Assembly (NCBI GenBank): GCA_050952645.1
Contig: JBMNLI010000010.1
Location: 96,001 to 160,000, forward strand
Source: Bdellovibrionota bacterium
GTDB lineage: Bacteria > Bdellovibrionota_C > UBA2361 > CAKMMH01
Reading direction: 5' to 3'
Length of the DNA: 64,000 nt
Part shown: piece by piece, positions 1 to 11,150 of the stretch
Layout of the letters: each line of letters starts with the position of its first letter
How positions within the stretch are numbered: the first letter of the stretch is position 1
Notes under the pieces: model-generated
Databases searched by the model: none
Told to the model about the DNA's origin: nothing
What the model saw: only the letters and a program-made list of their open reading frames with translations
Translations under genes and position numbers: made by a program

Positions 1-128
1 AACAAACTTAAAATAAAACTATAAAGAAATTTTTTCATAAAATACCTATTTTTTTTAAACGGAAAAATAAACTGTTTATAATTATACATAATTAAGATTA
101 TTTTTAAAAGTGGCTTAAAGTAAGATAT

Positions 129-1244
<1,116 letters not shown>

Positions 1245-2384
1245 CTAAATATTTCCTACTATTATTCCATCGCCATAACTTAAAAATCTAAAATTATTAT
1301 TTAAAGCGTAATTATACGCACTAGATAAAAAATCTTTTCCCATAAAAGCTTGCACTAATAAAATATGACTAGTAGCTGGCTGATGAAAATTAGTGACCAT
1401 AACATCAACATTTTGAAATTTAAACCCTGGGGCTATAAAAAGCGATGTGCTAAAAAACTCACCATCTACCGCATTTTTTTCTAATGCCATAGACTCTAGA
1501 GCCCTTATAACGGTAGTTCCAACTGCCACAACCTTTCCGCCGTTTTTACGAACCTTACCTATTTTCTCTATTACATCTTTTGAATATATATAAAACTCTT
1601 CCCCTGGGAGTGCCGAAACATTCATATCGCTTTCAGCATTACTTTTAGTATTACTTTCATTATTATTTTCATTATTATTTTCATTATCATTATTATTATC
1701 ATCATCATTATTATTATTATTATTGTCTTTCCAAAGAGGTAAAAAACTAGGCGTTCCAACGTGGAGCGTTATAAACTCTTTTCTTATTCCCTTTTCATCT
1801 ATTTTCTCTAAAAGCTCTTTTGTAAAATGGAGACTTGCAGTAGGAGCAGCCACAGAGCCTGCAATCTTTGCGAAAACCGTTTGATAATCTACCTTATCTT
1901 GAGAATCTGAAACGCCCTTTCTTATATATGGTGGAATTGGCATTATGCCCTTTTCCCATATTTCATCTTCACTATACTCTTTAAAGCTAATAAGAATCTT
2001 TGCATCTTCTAAAACTTCCTCTGTTTTAAAGACCAAACGCTCATCTATTTTAATAAGTCTGCCCTTTTTAAATTTTTTAAAAGGCTTTCCTAGTGCTTCC
2101 CATAAATTATTATTTATTTTTTTAATAAGCAAACACTCTACCTTAGCTCCCGTCTCGATAACCCCGAAAAACCTAGCGGGAATAACCTTAGTATCGTTAA
2201 AAACGATCATATCTTTTGAAGATAAAAAATCTGTAATATTAAAAAAATTACTTTCACTAAGTTTTTTACTCGCCATATCACAAACTAAAAGCTTTGCATC
2301 GTGAAAAGGCCGCTTAGGTCGATCTGCGATACGCTCTTTAGGTAAATCGTAAGAAAATATATCCGTTCTTTTTATTTGTAACAT
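1245..2384 (-). CDS. queA: S-adenosylmethionine:tRNA ribosyltransferase-isomerase, with an Asn/Asp-rich insertion
   Basis: VFNDTKVIPAR, PIPPYIR, DYQTVFA, GSVAAPTA, AVGTT, TNFHQP, RFLSYGD motifs. Confidence 0.96.
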   Translation of the reverse strand: MLQIKRTDIFSYDLPKERIADRPKRPFHDAKLLVCDMASKKLSESNFFNITDFLSSKDMIVFNDTKVIPARFFGVIETGAKVECLLIKKINNNLWEALGKPFKKFKKGRLIKIDERLVFKTEEVLEDAKILISFKEYSEDEIWEKGIMPIPPYIRKGVSDSQDKVDYQTVFAKIAGSVAAPTASLHFTKELLEKIDEKGIRKEFITLHVGTPSFLPLWKDNNNNNNDDDNNNDNENNNENNNESNTKSNAESDMNVSALPGEEFYIYSKDVIEKIGKVRKNGGKVVAVGTTVIRALESMALEKNAVDGEFFSTSLFIAPGFKFQNVDVMVTNFHQPATSHILLVQAFMGKDFLSSAYNYALNNNFRFLSYGDGIIVGNI

Positions 2385-2506
2385 CTTTTTTTTAAAACTG
2401 CCTAAAGAGAAAGAAAAAAATTTATTCTTAAAATAAAACTTTTAAAAACTATTACTTTAAATTGTTTTTTGCAATTATTTTTTATTTTTATTTTTGTAAT
2501 CGATTT

Positions 2507-3256
2507 TTATTGCTTATTTTTAATACTAATTCTATCTAATAGATCGATTGGCAAAGGAAACACTACAGTAGAGTTATTTACAGTAGCAATCTCTCTTAAT
2601 GTTTCTAAATATCTAAGTTGCACTGAAATTTCTTCCTCTCCCATAATTTTAGCAGCATCTCTTAATTTCTCTGCAGCTTGGTATTCACCTTGTGATTGAA
2701 TAATTTTAGCACGCCTTTCTCTTTCAGCCTCAGCCTCTTTTGCCATCGCTCTTTGCATCTCAACAGGCAAGTCTATATGCTTCACCTCAACCATCGAAAC
2801 TTTTATTCCCCAAGGGTCTGATTGAGTGTCGATTATATTTTGAATCTTATGGTTTACTTCCTCTCTTTTGGAAATAAGCCCGTCTAAGTTCACCTCACCA
2901 CAAACACTTCTTAAAGTAGTTTGTGCTAATTGGCTAGTTGCATATAAGTAATTTTCTACTTTTATTAAAGCATTTTCTGGAGTCATAACTCTAAAATATA
3001 AAACTGCATTAACTTTCACCGAAACGTTATCTTTAGTAATAACGTCTTGCGTAGGAATATCCATGGTAATGGTTCTTCCATCAATTTTTATAAGTTTTTC
3101 AAAAAACGGAATAACTATCTTTAGCCCTGGTCCTACGGTTCTTTGATATCTTCCTAAAAAGAACACGACACCACTTTCCCATTCTTTAAGAATATATATG
3201 GATTCTTTAAAAATAAATAATAATAAAATTACTAAAACTATCATACCTTGCAACAT
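2507..3256 (-). CDS. SPFH/stomatin (slipin) family membrane protein
   Basis: N-terminal TM helix, [41 protein letters not shown]; downstream of nfeD as is usual. Confidence 0.93.
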   Translation of the reverse strand: MLQGMIVLVILLLFIFKESIYILKEWESGVVFFLGRYQRTVGPGLKIVIPFFEKLIKIDGRTITMDIPTQDVITKDNVSVKVNAVLYFRVMTPENALIKVENYLYATSQLAQTTLRSVCGEVNLDGLISKREEVNHKIQNIIDTQSDPWGIKVSMVEVKHIDLPVEMQRAMAKEAEAERERRAKIIQSQGEYQAAEKLRDAAKIMGEEEISVQLRYLETLREIATVNNSTVVFPLPIDLLDRISIKNKQ

Positions 3257-3342
3257 TTTAACTTCTCCTTTAAAAAATTAATTAAAACTTAAAACTTAAA
3301 AAACGTGAAAGAACAAAAAACTACTCTTTGTTTTTCTATTCT

Positions 3343-4833
3343 TTATTTTTCTATTTTATTTTCTTCTTTATTCTCTTTATTTTCTATTTTATTTTTTTCT
3401 TTATTTTCTACTTTATTTTCTACTTTTACAACCTTCAAAACTAAATTACTCTCATTTCCTACGACTATTACTCTATCGCCTTTTTTAATACTCTCGCTAG
3501 AAACTGCACTCCAATAAGCGCCATCTAAAAAGACTGTGCCTTTGTTCACGCTACTGTTTTTTGCACTTGTAAAATCCACCGTTATGGTTCCGATAACACC
3601 TATTAAAGACTCAAAACCAACCTTAGCCTTTCTTCCCATCGCCTTTACAAAAGATGCCGCTACTAAAATAAAAAACAATGCTAGTGCTATAATACTTGGT
3701 AAAATAACCCAAGGATTGATAGATAACTCTGGAAAATTTGATAAGTCTACTAAAGACAAACTCCCTATAGTTATAGCAATCACACCAAAAATACCGAAAA
3801 GCCCACCTGATACATGCGTTTCTATAACGATCATTAAAAAACCTGCTATAATTAAGATTAATGCTCCAACACTTATCGGAATCACTTGATTTACGATCAT
3901 AGCTAAAATTAAACAAACGCTCCCTAAAAGCCCTGGGAAAATCGCCCCTGGATTATAAAGCTCTAACGCTAGCCCAAAAACGGCTCCAAGCCATAAAAGC
4001 ACTGCAATACTAGGGTCAGATAAAACGTTTAGCATCTTATCTTGCATAGACATTTCATATTCTTTTATAGGCAAGTTTGAGAAACCTTTAAAGGAAAAAT
4101 CTTTATTTTTGAATTTTATAACTCTTCCCTCTAAAGTTTTTAATAAGCTAGGAGTATCATCTGCAATAAAGTCTATAACATTTATTTCTAAAGCTTTAGA
4201 GGCAGTTATAGAAACACTTTTTTGAACGGCTTCTTTAGCCCACTTAGTGTTTCTATCCCTAGTTTCAGCGATAGACTTTATCATTGCAACGGTCATATTT
4301 TCAACCTTTTCTCTCATGTCACCTTTTATATCTTGCCCAGAGCCTGCAACTGGGTGAGCAGACCCAATGCTAGTTCCTCTAGACATAGCAGCAACGTCTG
4401 CCGAAAGCGTTATAAAAACGCCTGCCGAGGTAGCGGAAGCACCATCTGGAGTTATAAACACTACGACTGGAATCTTTGAATCAAATATCTCTTTAACTAT
4501 TTTTTGAGCCGAATGCAAGACTCCCCCCATCGTATCTAGATATACTATCACTGCCTTTGCTCCTTGCTCAGTCGCTTTCTTTAATGATTTGCTAAAATAA
4601 GAGGCAGTCCCAGGGAGAATAAGCGTTCTCATATCGACCTTAGCTATAAAAGGCTCGCTATCTTTTTTATCACTAAATTTATCACTAAATTTATCACCTA
4701 ATTTATCACTAAAATTATCGCCAAAAATAGCCTTAGCTTCTTTAATACATACAATTGAAAAAATAAAAAAAACAAAAATAAATATGAAATTTAAAAATTT
4801 TAAATTGCGAATATTTTTAAATATATTACTCAT
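3343..4833 (-). CDS. nfeD: NfeD family membrane-bound serine protease (long form)
   Basis: LDTMGG, ATSAGVFI, GTSIGSAHPV, TM region, C-terminal OB fold (GAYWSAVS). Start set at the ATG at 4833, which overlaps the upstream stop (TAATG). Confidence 0.9.
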   Translation of the reverse strand: MSNIFKNIRNLKFLNFIFIFVFFIFSIVCIKEAKAIFGDNFSDKLGDKFSDKFSDKKDSEPFIAKVDMRTLILPGTASYFSKSLKKATEQGAKAVIVYLDTMGGVLHSAQKIVKEIFDSKIPVVVFITPDGASATSAGVFITLSADVAAMSRGTSIGSAHPVAGSGQDIKGDMREKVENMTVAMIKSIAETRDRNTKWAKEAVQKSVSITASKALEINVIDFIADDTPSLLKTLEGRVIKFKNKDFSFKGFSNLPIKEYEMSMQDKMLNVLSDPSIAVLLWLGAVFGLALELYNPGAIFPGLLGSVCLILAMIVNQVIPISVGALILIIAGFLMIVIETHVSGGLFGIFGVIAITIGSLSLVDLSNFPELSINPWVILPSIIALALFFILVAASFVKAMGRKAKVGFESLIGVIGTITVDFTSAKNSSVNKGTVFLDGAYWSAVSSESIKKGDRVIVVGNESNLVLKVVKVENKVENKEKNKIENKENKEENKIEK

Positions 4834-5408
4834 TAAACAATTTCCTTTAAAAACATTTTTAAATCGTTCCAAAAAGCTCTTTTTATCATTATATCTTCAT
4901 TAACTCGTGTTATATCATACGTTGACATAATTTTTAACCCATTATCGCAATAAAGTTTTTTATTTCCGTAAATAGGTAGCTTAAATTTTAATTTTTCTTC
5001 TAATAACAATTTAGCATTGTAGCCTAAACATAAAACGAACCGATATTTACTTAAATCGATATCTAAATAATTTGAAGCGCTTACACAAAAAACTAAATTA
5101 CCATCTAGCTTCATGCCGTTATTTAAAATATTTTGCCAAAGCTTACTACTTTCCTTAAATTGCTTATCTTCTATAGAGCCTAAAATAAGAATATTAGCAT
5201 CTTTATTTCCCCAAGATAAATTTCCCTTGCATAAATTTCCCCTACATAAAGTTAACGCATTATTTCTATCTTTAACTTTATCTTTATTTTTATCTTTTGT
5301 AAGTTCTATTTGTTCTTTTAAAATATTTATAGGCATTTTGTTTGGATATAGGCAACCTATATTTTCTAAAGAATTTAATATATCTAATACGCTAATCGTG
5401 TTATCCAT
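4833..5408 (-). CDS. degenerate uracil-DNA glycosylase (family 4)-like protein
   Basis: GNKDANILILG, FVLCLGYNA and KIMSTYD..KRAFWNDLK follow the family-4 UDG layout, but the GEAPG and HP motifs are absent. Confidence 0.6.
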   Translation of the reverse strand: MDNTISVLDILNSLENIGCLYPNKMPINILKEQIELTKDKNKDKVKDRNNALTLCRGNLCKGNLSWGNKDANILILGSIEDKQFKESSKLWQNILNNGMKLDGNLVFCVSASNYLDIDLSKYRFVLCLGYNAKLLLEEKLKFKLPIYGNKKLYCDNGLKIMSTYDITRVNEDIMIKRAFWNDLKMFLKEIV

Positions 5409-5428
5409 AAAAAAATCAGTCTAAAAAT

Positions 5429-6070
5429 CTAGTTAAAAAAACTGTTAAACTTTTTTTCATATCCTATGGTCGTATTTTCTCCATGTCCTGGGTATACAAC
5501 GGTGTCTTCAGGAAGTGTGAACAGTCTTTCTTTTATACTTTTAATAATAGTTTTAAAATCACCACCTATAAAATCAGTTCTTCCGATGCTTCCTGCAAAC
5601 AGCGTATCACCTGAAAGAAGTATTTTATTATTTTTATTATACAAAGAGACGCTCCCAGGGGAATGTCCTGGGGTAAAAAGAACGATAAACTTTTCTTCTC
5701 CTAAATATATCTCTTGATTATCTTCAAAATAAATATCAGGCTCGGGAGCGTTTTTACAAGTCTCATCTAACACTCCTACCGCTTTCATCATCTCTTGCAC
5801 ATTTTCTCTAAGTTTCTTTTCTAATTTATGCCCATAAAGTGGCACACTTTTAAAATGTTCCTTTAAAAAGCATACTCCCCCACAGTGATCAAAATGAGAA
5901 TGAGTTAAAACTATGCTTTTTAATTTAAGCCCATTTTCTTTTAAAAAAGAAATAACCCTATTATCACTGCCCCCAGGATCTACAATCACAGCCTCTTTAG
6001 TAGACTCATCCCACAAAATTCTTGCATGCTGACTTATGCACGTTACGTCTATATTTTTAATATTTATCAT
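5429..6070 (-). CDS. MBL-fold metallo-hydrolase (glyoxalase II-like)
   Basis: THSHFDHCG, TPGHSPG, SGDTLF, YPGHG. Confidence 0.93.
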   Translation of the reverse strand: MINIKNIDVTCISQHARILWDESTKEAVIVDPGGSDNRVISFLKENGLKLKSIVLTHSHFDHCGGVCFLKEHFKSVPLYGHKLEKKLRENVQEMMKAVGVLDETCKNAPEPDIYFEDNQEIYLGEEKFIVLFTPGHSPGSVSLYNKNNKILLSGDTLFAGSIGRTDFIGGDFKTIIKSIKERLFTLPEDTVVYPGHGENTTIGYEKKFNSFFN

Positions 6071-6075
6071 TTATT

Positions 6076-6102
6076 TAATTTTTATTTAATTTTAGCCGAC
6101 TA
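6076..6102 (+). promoter_or_regulatory. putative sigma28 (FliA)-type promoter
   Basis: TAAT-N15-GCCGACTA versus consensus TAAA-N15-GCCGATAA, about 80 bp upstream of ORF 6183. Confidence 0.4.
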
Positions 6103-6182
6103 TATATCTTATTATAAAATATATATAAAAAACACTCTTTTAGGATAGCTTAAAATTATAAAATTTACTAGTATTAGTTATT

Positions 6183-6677
6183 ATGAATGACTTAAAAATT
6201 CAAACTAAACAAACTAAAATAGAAAATTCAAGAAAGAATATTTTAGATAGAAACTTATCAGAAAAAGTAGCGAAAAAAGTAAGAAACAAAGCTAAAACGA
6301 TTGCCAGTAAGCAAAAAACTACATTAAATACCACGTTGAAAAATGAACCATTAACAAGAGATCAAAATAAAAACATAGAAAAAATTAGAATTAAAAAGAT
6401 TGCCAAAGAAGCTAATAGGGTTAAAAAAATTGAAAAAGTTGATGAAAGGCTAGAGGGGTTAGATAGGCTACAAGAAGAAATGAAACTTAGCTTTCACAAT
6501 CTTATAAAAAAAATCATCGATAAAATTATAGAAATGTTTTCAAACTTTTTTAAAAAATTTCTTCCTGAGTTTTTTCTTAAATATCAAAATAGTAAAAAAG
6601 CAAAAAAAGCCCAAAGAGAAAGAAAAGAGTTTAATAAGAAACTTCAAAAACGCCAATTAACTATAAAGAGAAAGTGA
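6183..6677 (+). CDS. hypothetical Lys-rich, probably helical protein
   Basis: 164-aa ORF filling the gap between two minus-strand genes; no motif recognised. Confidence 0.6.
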   Translation: MNDLKIQTKQTKIENSRKNILDRNLSEKVAKKVRNKAKTIASKQKTTLNTTLKNEPLTRDQNKNIEKIRIKKIAKEANRVKKIEKVDERLEGLDRLQEEMKLSFHNLIKKIIDKIIEMFSNFFKKFLPEFFLKYQNSKKAKKAQRERKEFNKKLQKRQLTIKRK

Positions 6678-6768
6678 TAAAAAATTAACTCTCTAAATTA
6701 CTCTCTCTCTTTTTCCATCTTTATTTCTTATCTTCATTTCTTATCTTCGAGCTAACCTTCAAGCTAAC

Positions 6769-7986
6769 TTAAAAATTCTCACAAAACCAATTTCCTATTT
6801 GCTTAAATATTTTTAAAGCTCCCGATGTTTGATTAGTAGGGTTAAGCAAATCACTATATCCCGAATTAACAGCCTTTAAAACTCCACTAACCGTAGCATA
6901 CTGAGGGTCTTTTATTAAATCTGCAAGTCCACTAGTTTCTCTTACTTTAGCAACTCTTGTAGGAGCCTCAAAAACCTCCTCTGCAAACTGCTCGATACCC
7001 CTTAAGTTTGCAGTTCCCCCACAAAGAACGACGCTCGATATCGGAAAATCGCATCTGCTTTCAATCCTAGTTTTTACATTATTAAAAATATCTTTTACTT
7101 TTCCTTCTATCATTTCAGAAACTATTCTAGCAGATACCTCAGTGCGTCCTGCTCCTCCTGCACCTATGTTTATATCTATAGTTTTTTTTGAGAAACTTCC
7201 CGTATTTAAAGAATATGATTTCTTTATATTTTCTGCGACAGCTATGGGCACTTTTAGATTTGTAGCTAAAAAAGAAGTGATATCGTTTCCTGCCATTGGC
7301 AAAACATCGATATGTCTAACAAAGCCATCTTTGTAAACGATCATATCTGTAATGCCAGCTCCTATATCTAATAAAAGCACGCCTAACTCTTTTTCATCAT
7401 CTCCTAAAACTGAAACGGCCGATGCAACGGGCGACACTATTAAACCCTTAACTTGAGAACCAGACTTGTTCATACACTTAGTTACATTACTTCCATTTGT
7501 TGCACCTATAGTTATTAAGTATACCTTTGCTTCTAATCTTACACCTGAAATCCCGATAGGATCTTTAATTCCACCTATATTATCTACGATGTATTCTTGA
7601 GGTAGTGAATGTATTAAATCTCTGCCTAAATCGAGTTTTATCGCCTTACAACTTTCTAGCACACTATCAACATCACGCTTATCAATCTCACTTCCCCTTA
7701 CAGCGACCGTCCAGCTATTAGACATCCCTTGAATATGCGTTCCAGATATGCAGCCATAAACCCTTTCTACATGCACTCCTGCCATCTCTTCAGCATCAGA
7801 AAGTGCTTGCGTCACGGACTTAACCGCATCACCTATATTTATAACTACACCTTTTTTTATACTTTTAGAGGGGCTACAGCCTACACCAATTATCTGCAAA
7901 TCATCTTCAGACTGCGAAATTCCTACCACTACTTTTACCTCATACGAGCCAACATCTACTGCCACTAAAATCTTTTCTTTTGCCAT
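6769..7986 (-). CDS. ftsA: cell division protein FtsA
   Basis: VAVDVGS, IKKGVVINI, PIGISGVRLEAKV, LLDIGAG, VVLCGG actin-fold motifs. Confidence 0.96.
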   Translation of the reverse strand: MAKEKILVAVDVGSYEVKVVVGISQSEDDLQIIGVGCSPSKSIKKGVVINIGDAVKSVTQALSDAEEMAGVHVERVYGCISGTHIQGMSNSWTVAVRGSEIDKRDVDSVLESCKAIKLDLGRDLIHSLPQEYIVDNIGGIKDPIGISGVRLEAKVYLITIGATNGSNVTKCMNKSGSQVKGLIVSPVASAVSVLGDDEKELGVLLLDIGAGITDMIVYKDGFVRHIDVLPMAGNDITSFLATNLKVPIAVAENIKKSYSLNTGSFSKKTIDINIGAGGAGRTEVSARIVSEMIEGKVKDIFNNVKTRIESRCDFPISSVVLCGGTANLRGIEQFAEEVFEAPTRVAKVRETSGLADLIKDPQYATVSGVLKAVNSGYSDLLNPTNQTSGALKIFKQIGNWFCENF

Positions 7987-8117
7987 TTACAACTCCAAAT
8001 TACATCAAGACAAGGGATTGCACTATTTTTAGAAGCACTATTATTAGTACATTTTGCAACGAAACTTATACTTGTATAATAAACACGTGTTATAATTTCT
8101 GCAATAGCAATCTTTTA

Positions 8118-8517
8118 GGTTCTTCACGTTTTAGGTGGGTTAGCTTAAAAGAAAATTGGCTTTTATAGAAAACTATCTATAGTTTAATGAAAAATTACAA
8201 CTATATTTAAAGTAATTTATTTTATGCAAATTTCTTTAAAGTCAATTTTCTTTTGGGCTTCGTGGGGTGAGTGATGATGCTAATTTTTTGGTCTAAAACC
8301 TACCTTAAAACATGAAGAACAAAAATTGTTTTAGGTGGGTTAGCTTAAAAGAAAATTGGCTTTTATAGAAAACTATCTATAGTTTAATGAAAAATTACAA
8401 CTATATTTAAAGTAATTTATTTTATGCAAATTTCTTTAAAGTCAATTTCTTTTGGGCTTCGTGGGGAGTGATGATGCTAATTTTTTGGTCTAAAACCTAC
8501 CTTAAAACGTGAAGAAC
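8118..8517. mobile_element. MITE-like inverted-repeat element, internally duplicated (two ~200-bp units, 8128-8320 and 8328-8517)
   Basis: Termini GTTCTTCACGTTTTAGGTGGG and CCTACCTTAAAACGTGAAGAAC; AATCTTTTA flanks both sides (8109-8117, 8518-8526); near-identical 200-bp period. Confidence 0.8.
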
Positions 8518-8610
8518 AATCTTTTACAATCTACTTTACAAACTACGTATAAAAAGGTATTTCTAGATAAAAAATCCTACAAAAAAATGAAACTTTACTT
8601 TTTTAAAAAA

Positions 8611-9411
8611 CTATTCCTTACCCTTTTGATTAAATTTTATTACGCCTACCTTACTATATCCTAAATCGAGTTTTTCGACATTATTTATATTTGAGCCTAG
8701 CTCCTTTATTAACGCATTTAATCGCTCTAGTTGGACATCAACCCAAGCATCATTCTTAGAAAGGTCGAGAACCACTTGAGGCTTTAACTCAAAAAAGCTT
8801 ATATTTATTTCACCAGACGTTGAAAACACGATTGACCTAACTGTATAAAAAGTGCTTTTAGAGATTTTCTTTAGAAAGTTTGCCATATATATATATCTAG
8901 AGTTTAACGTTTGAGAACTATCAAACTTATCATCAAGCCCTACTATAACGGGTAAAGAATAAAAAAACTCTCTATTATCTAAAAAAACTTTATTATTATT
9001 TATATTATCATTATTTATGTTGCCATTATTTATATAAGTGAGCATCTTGCCATCTTTAGAAATTATTTGCGTTCCACCACTCTTTAATTTAACTAAATAA
9101 AAAGGCTCTTCTTCTTTAATAACGATATTTAATCTATAAAACTGCTTTAACGAGTCTGGGTAAATGCTCACCTCTTTTACAAAAGGAAGCTTTTCTATCT
9201 TAGTTTCAATTTTCGATTTATTTAAATACCAATAAAAAACATCAGTCTTTATCTTAAATTGTTTAAATATTTTATTAGTACTCGTAAACTTATTTCCATC
9301 TAGTTTTACGGAAACTACGATTTTATTTTTTAAATAAAAAAATAAAAAAATTAAACTATTAACTAATAATATTAAAAATAAAATTGCTATAACTTTATAT
9401 ACTTTTCTCAT
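8611..9411 (-). CDS. ftsQ: cell division protein FtsQ/DivIB
   Basis: Single N-terminal TM, POTRA-like segment (GNKFTS..LPFVKEVSI..IVIKEEEP), position between murB and ftsA. Confidence 0.85.
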   Translation of the reverse strand: MRKVYKVIAILFLILLVNSLIFLFFYLKNKIVVSVKLDGNKFTSTNKIFKQFKIKTDVFYWYLNKSKIETKIEKLPFVKEVSIYPDSLKQFYRLNIVIKEEEPFYLVKLKSGGTQIISKDGKMLTYINNGNINNDNINNNKVFLDNREFFYSLPVIVGLDDKFDSSQTLNSRYIYMANFLKKISKSTFYTVRSIVFSTSGEINISFFELKPQVVLDLSKNDAWVDVQLERLNALIKELGSNINNVEKLDLGYSKVGVIKFNQKGKE

Positions 9412-9443
9412 TATAAAAATAACCTTTTTAAAATTATCTAAAA

Positions 9444-10340
9444 TTAAAGCAAAACTAGCTCCGTTTCTAACTCGACATTAAATTCTTTAAAAACTTTTTC
9501 CTTGATTATATCTATTAGCTTTCTAACATCGCTACTTGTTGCCTTAAGGTTTGTGTTGATTATCCAATTAGCGTGAAGCGTAGAAACTTGCGCCCCTCCT
9601 ACTGCCCTTCCTTTTAACCCCGCTTTGTCTATTAACATACCTGCTGGCATATCTGTTTTGGGATTTTTAAAAATACAACCAGCAGATGCCCCTTTAGGTT
9701 GCGTTCTTAGCCTAAAATCTTTATTTTCATCTATTTTATCTTGGATTTCGTTTTTAGGCTTATTAAAAAGATTAAATGTTGCACCGACTATTATGGAATT
9801 TTTAGGAATTTCTATTTGCTTTTCCACTATTGTTAAATTTTCCTTATGCATAGTTTGGTACTCACCATTTTCTAAACACACATCAACACTTTCTAAAATA
9901 TCTGAAACTTTCTGTCCTCTAAAGCTAGCATTCATAAAAATAGTTCCTCCAAGCTTCGCTGGAAGATTACACCCGAACTCGAAGCCTGAAAGTGCTTCTT
10001 TTTGAAAAACGCTAGAGAGCGTCGGCATTAGAGAGGAAGCACCTATATAAAATTTATTATCTGAAATTTTTTCTATATTAGAAAAATTTTCACTTAGATT
10101 TATAATTACTTTTTTTATATCTTCATCTCGGAAAAGCACATTTGAGCAATTCCCTAAGGCGATATACTCGATATTTTCTTTATAAAACGCGGCTAATAGC
10201 TTAGAAAGACTCTCTTTATTTTCAATATAAATTAAATTTTTTAAATTGCCACCAATCCTAAAAGTGCTTATATGAGCGCCTGTTTTTCCTTCAACTTTTA
10301 AAATATTTAAATCTTTTAATATCGATACTATCTCTAACAC
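9444..10340 (-). CDS. murB: UDP-N-acetylenolpyruvoylglucosamine reductase
   Basis: TFRIGG, GNCSNVLF, TQP..SAGCIFKNP, HANWIIN, LETE. Confidence 0.95.
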   Translation of the reverse strand: MLEIVSILKDLNILKVEGKTGAHISTFRIGGNLKNLIYIENKESLSKLLAAFYKENIEYIALGNCSNVLFRDEDIKKVIINLSENFSNIEKISDNKFYIGASSLMPTLSSVFQKEALSGFEFGCNLPAKLGGTIFMNASFRGQKVSDILESVDVCLENGEYQTMHKENLTIVEKQIEIPKNSIIVGATFNLFNKPKNEIQDKIDENKDFRLRTQPKGASAGCIFKNPKTDMPAGMLIDKAGLKGRAVGGAQVSTLHANWIINTNLKATSSDVRKLIDIIKEKVFKEFNVELETELVLL

Positions 10341-10449
10341 CGTGCATCCCCTATATCTTTGTCTTACAAAAACTTAATATCTTTTTAATTATTGCATTAT
10401 AATATATTTTTTGCCACAATGATTTCTATAAAAATTTCTATAAAAAATT

Positions 10450-11145
10450 ATGAATAATATACATATAGGTAAAAACATAAAATACGACTATAAGCCATTT
10501 ATAGGTTCGAGCCACACTTGGGCTATGAACAACATAAAAAAGGAAAACAAGGATATTTCCATTCTAGATATTGGCTCATCGATAGGTATGATGGGAAGCA
10601 TTCTGCGAGAAAATGGCTTTAAAAACCTTGATGCAGTAGAGGTAGACAATAAAGCAAGAAAGATTGCTAGCAAATATTATAACAATACTTATAAATCTAT
10701 AGATGATGCTACGAAAACTTATGATATCGTCTTGCTTTTAGATGTTTTAGAACACACGGTAGATAACGATAAATTTTTTAAGCAAGTCGTTAGTCTATTA
10801 AATAAAAACGGCACGTTGTTATTATCGGTTCCTAATATTGCGCATTGGTACCCTAGATTTTCGCTTCTTTTTGGGAATTTTGATTATAAAGAAAAGGGCA
10901 TTTTAGATAACACTCATCTTCGTTTTTATACAAGAAAAACTATAATAAACTTTGTCTTAGCACACGATAATTTAAGCATTAAAAGTGTTGCTGTTTCTAC
11001 CTCTTCAATGGAAATGTTTTTAAGTAAAAAAATAGTAGAGTCTTTCCTCTATAGAGTTTTTGCTAAATTAAAGCTAGCTATCGCAAATTTATTTCCTAGG
11101 CTTTTAGGATATCAACATTTATTAGTTATAAAAAAAGAAAGATAA
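10450..11145 (+). CDS. class I SAM-dependent methyltransferase
   Basis: ILDIGSSIG, LLDVLEH, LSVPNIAHW, GILDNTHLRFYT. Confidence 0.88.
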   Translation: MNNIHIGKNIKYDYKPFIGSSHTWAMNNIKKENKDISILDIGSSIGMMGSILRENGFKNLDAVEVDNKARKIASKYYNNTYKSIDDATKTYDIVLLLDVLEHTVDNDKFFKQVVSLLNKNGTLLLSVPNIAHWYPRFSLLFGNFDYKEKGILDNTHLRFYTRKTIINFVLAHDNLSIKSVAVSTSSMEMFLSKKIVESFLYRVFAKLKLAIANLFPRLLGYQHLLVIKKER

Positions 11146-11150
11146 AAAAT

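Noticed and set aside
7980..8168. 62-aa plus-strand ORF between ftsA and the repeat
   Set aside because: It runs into the MITE, has no SD or motif, and is probably spurious
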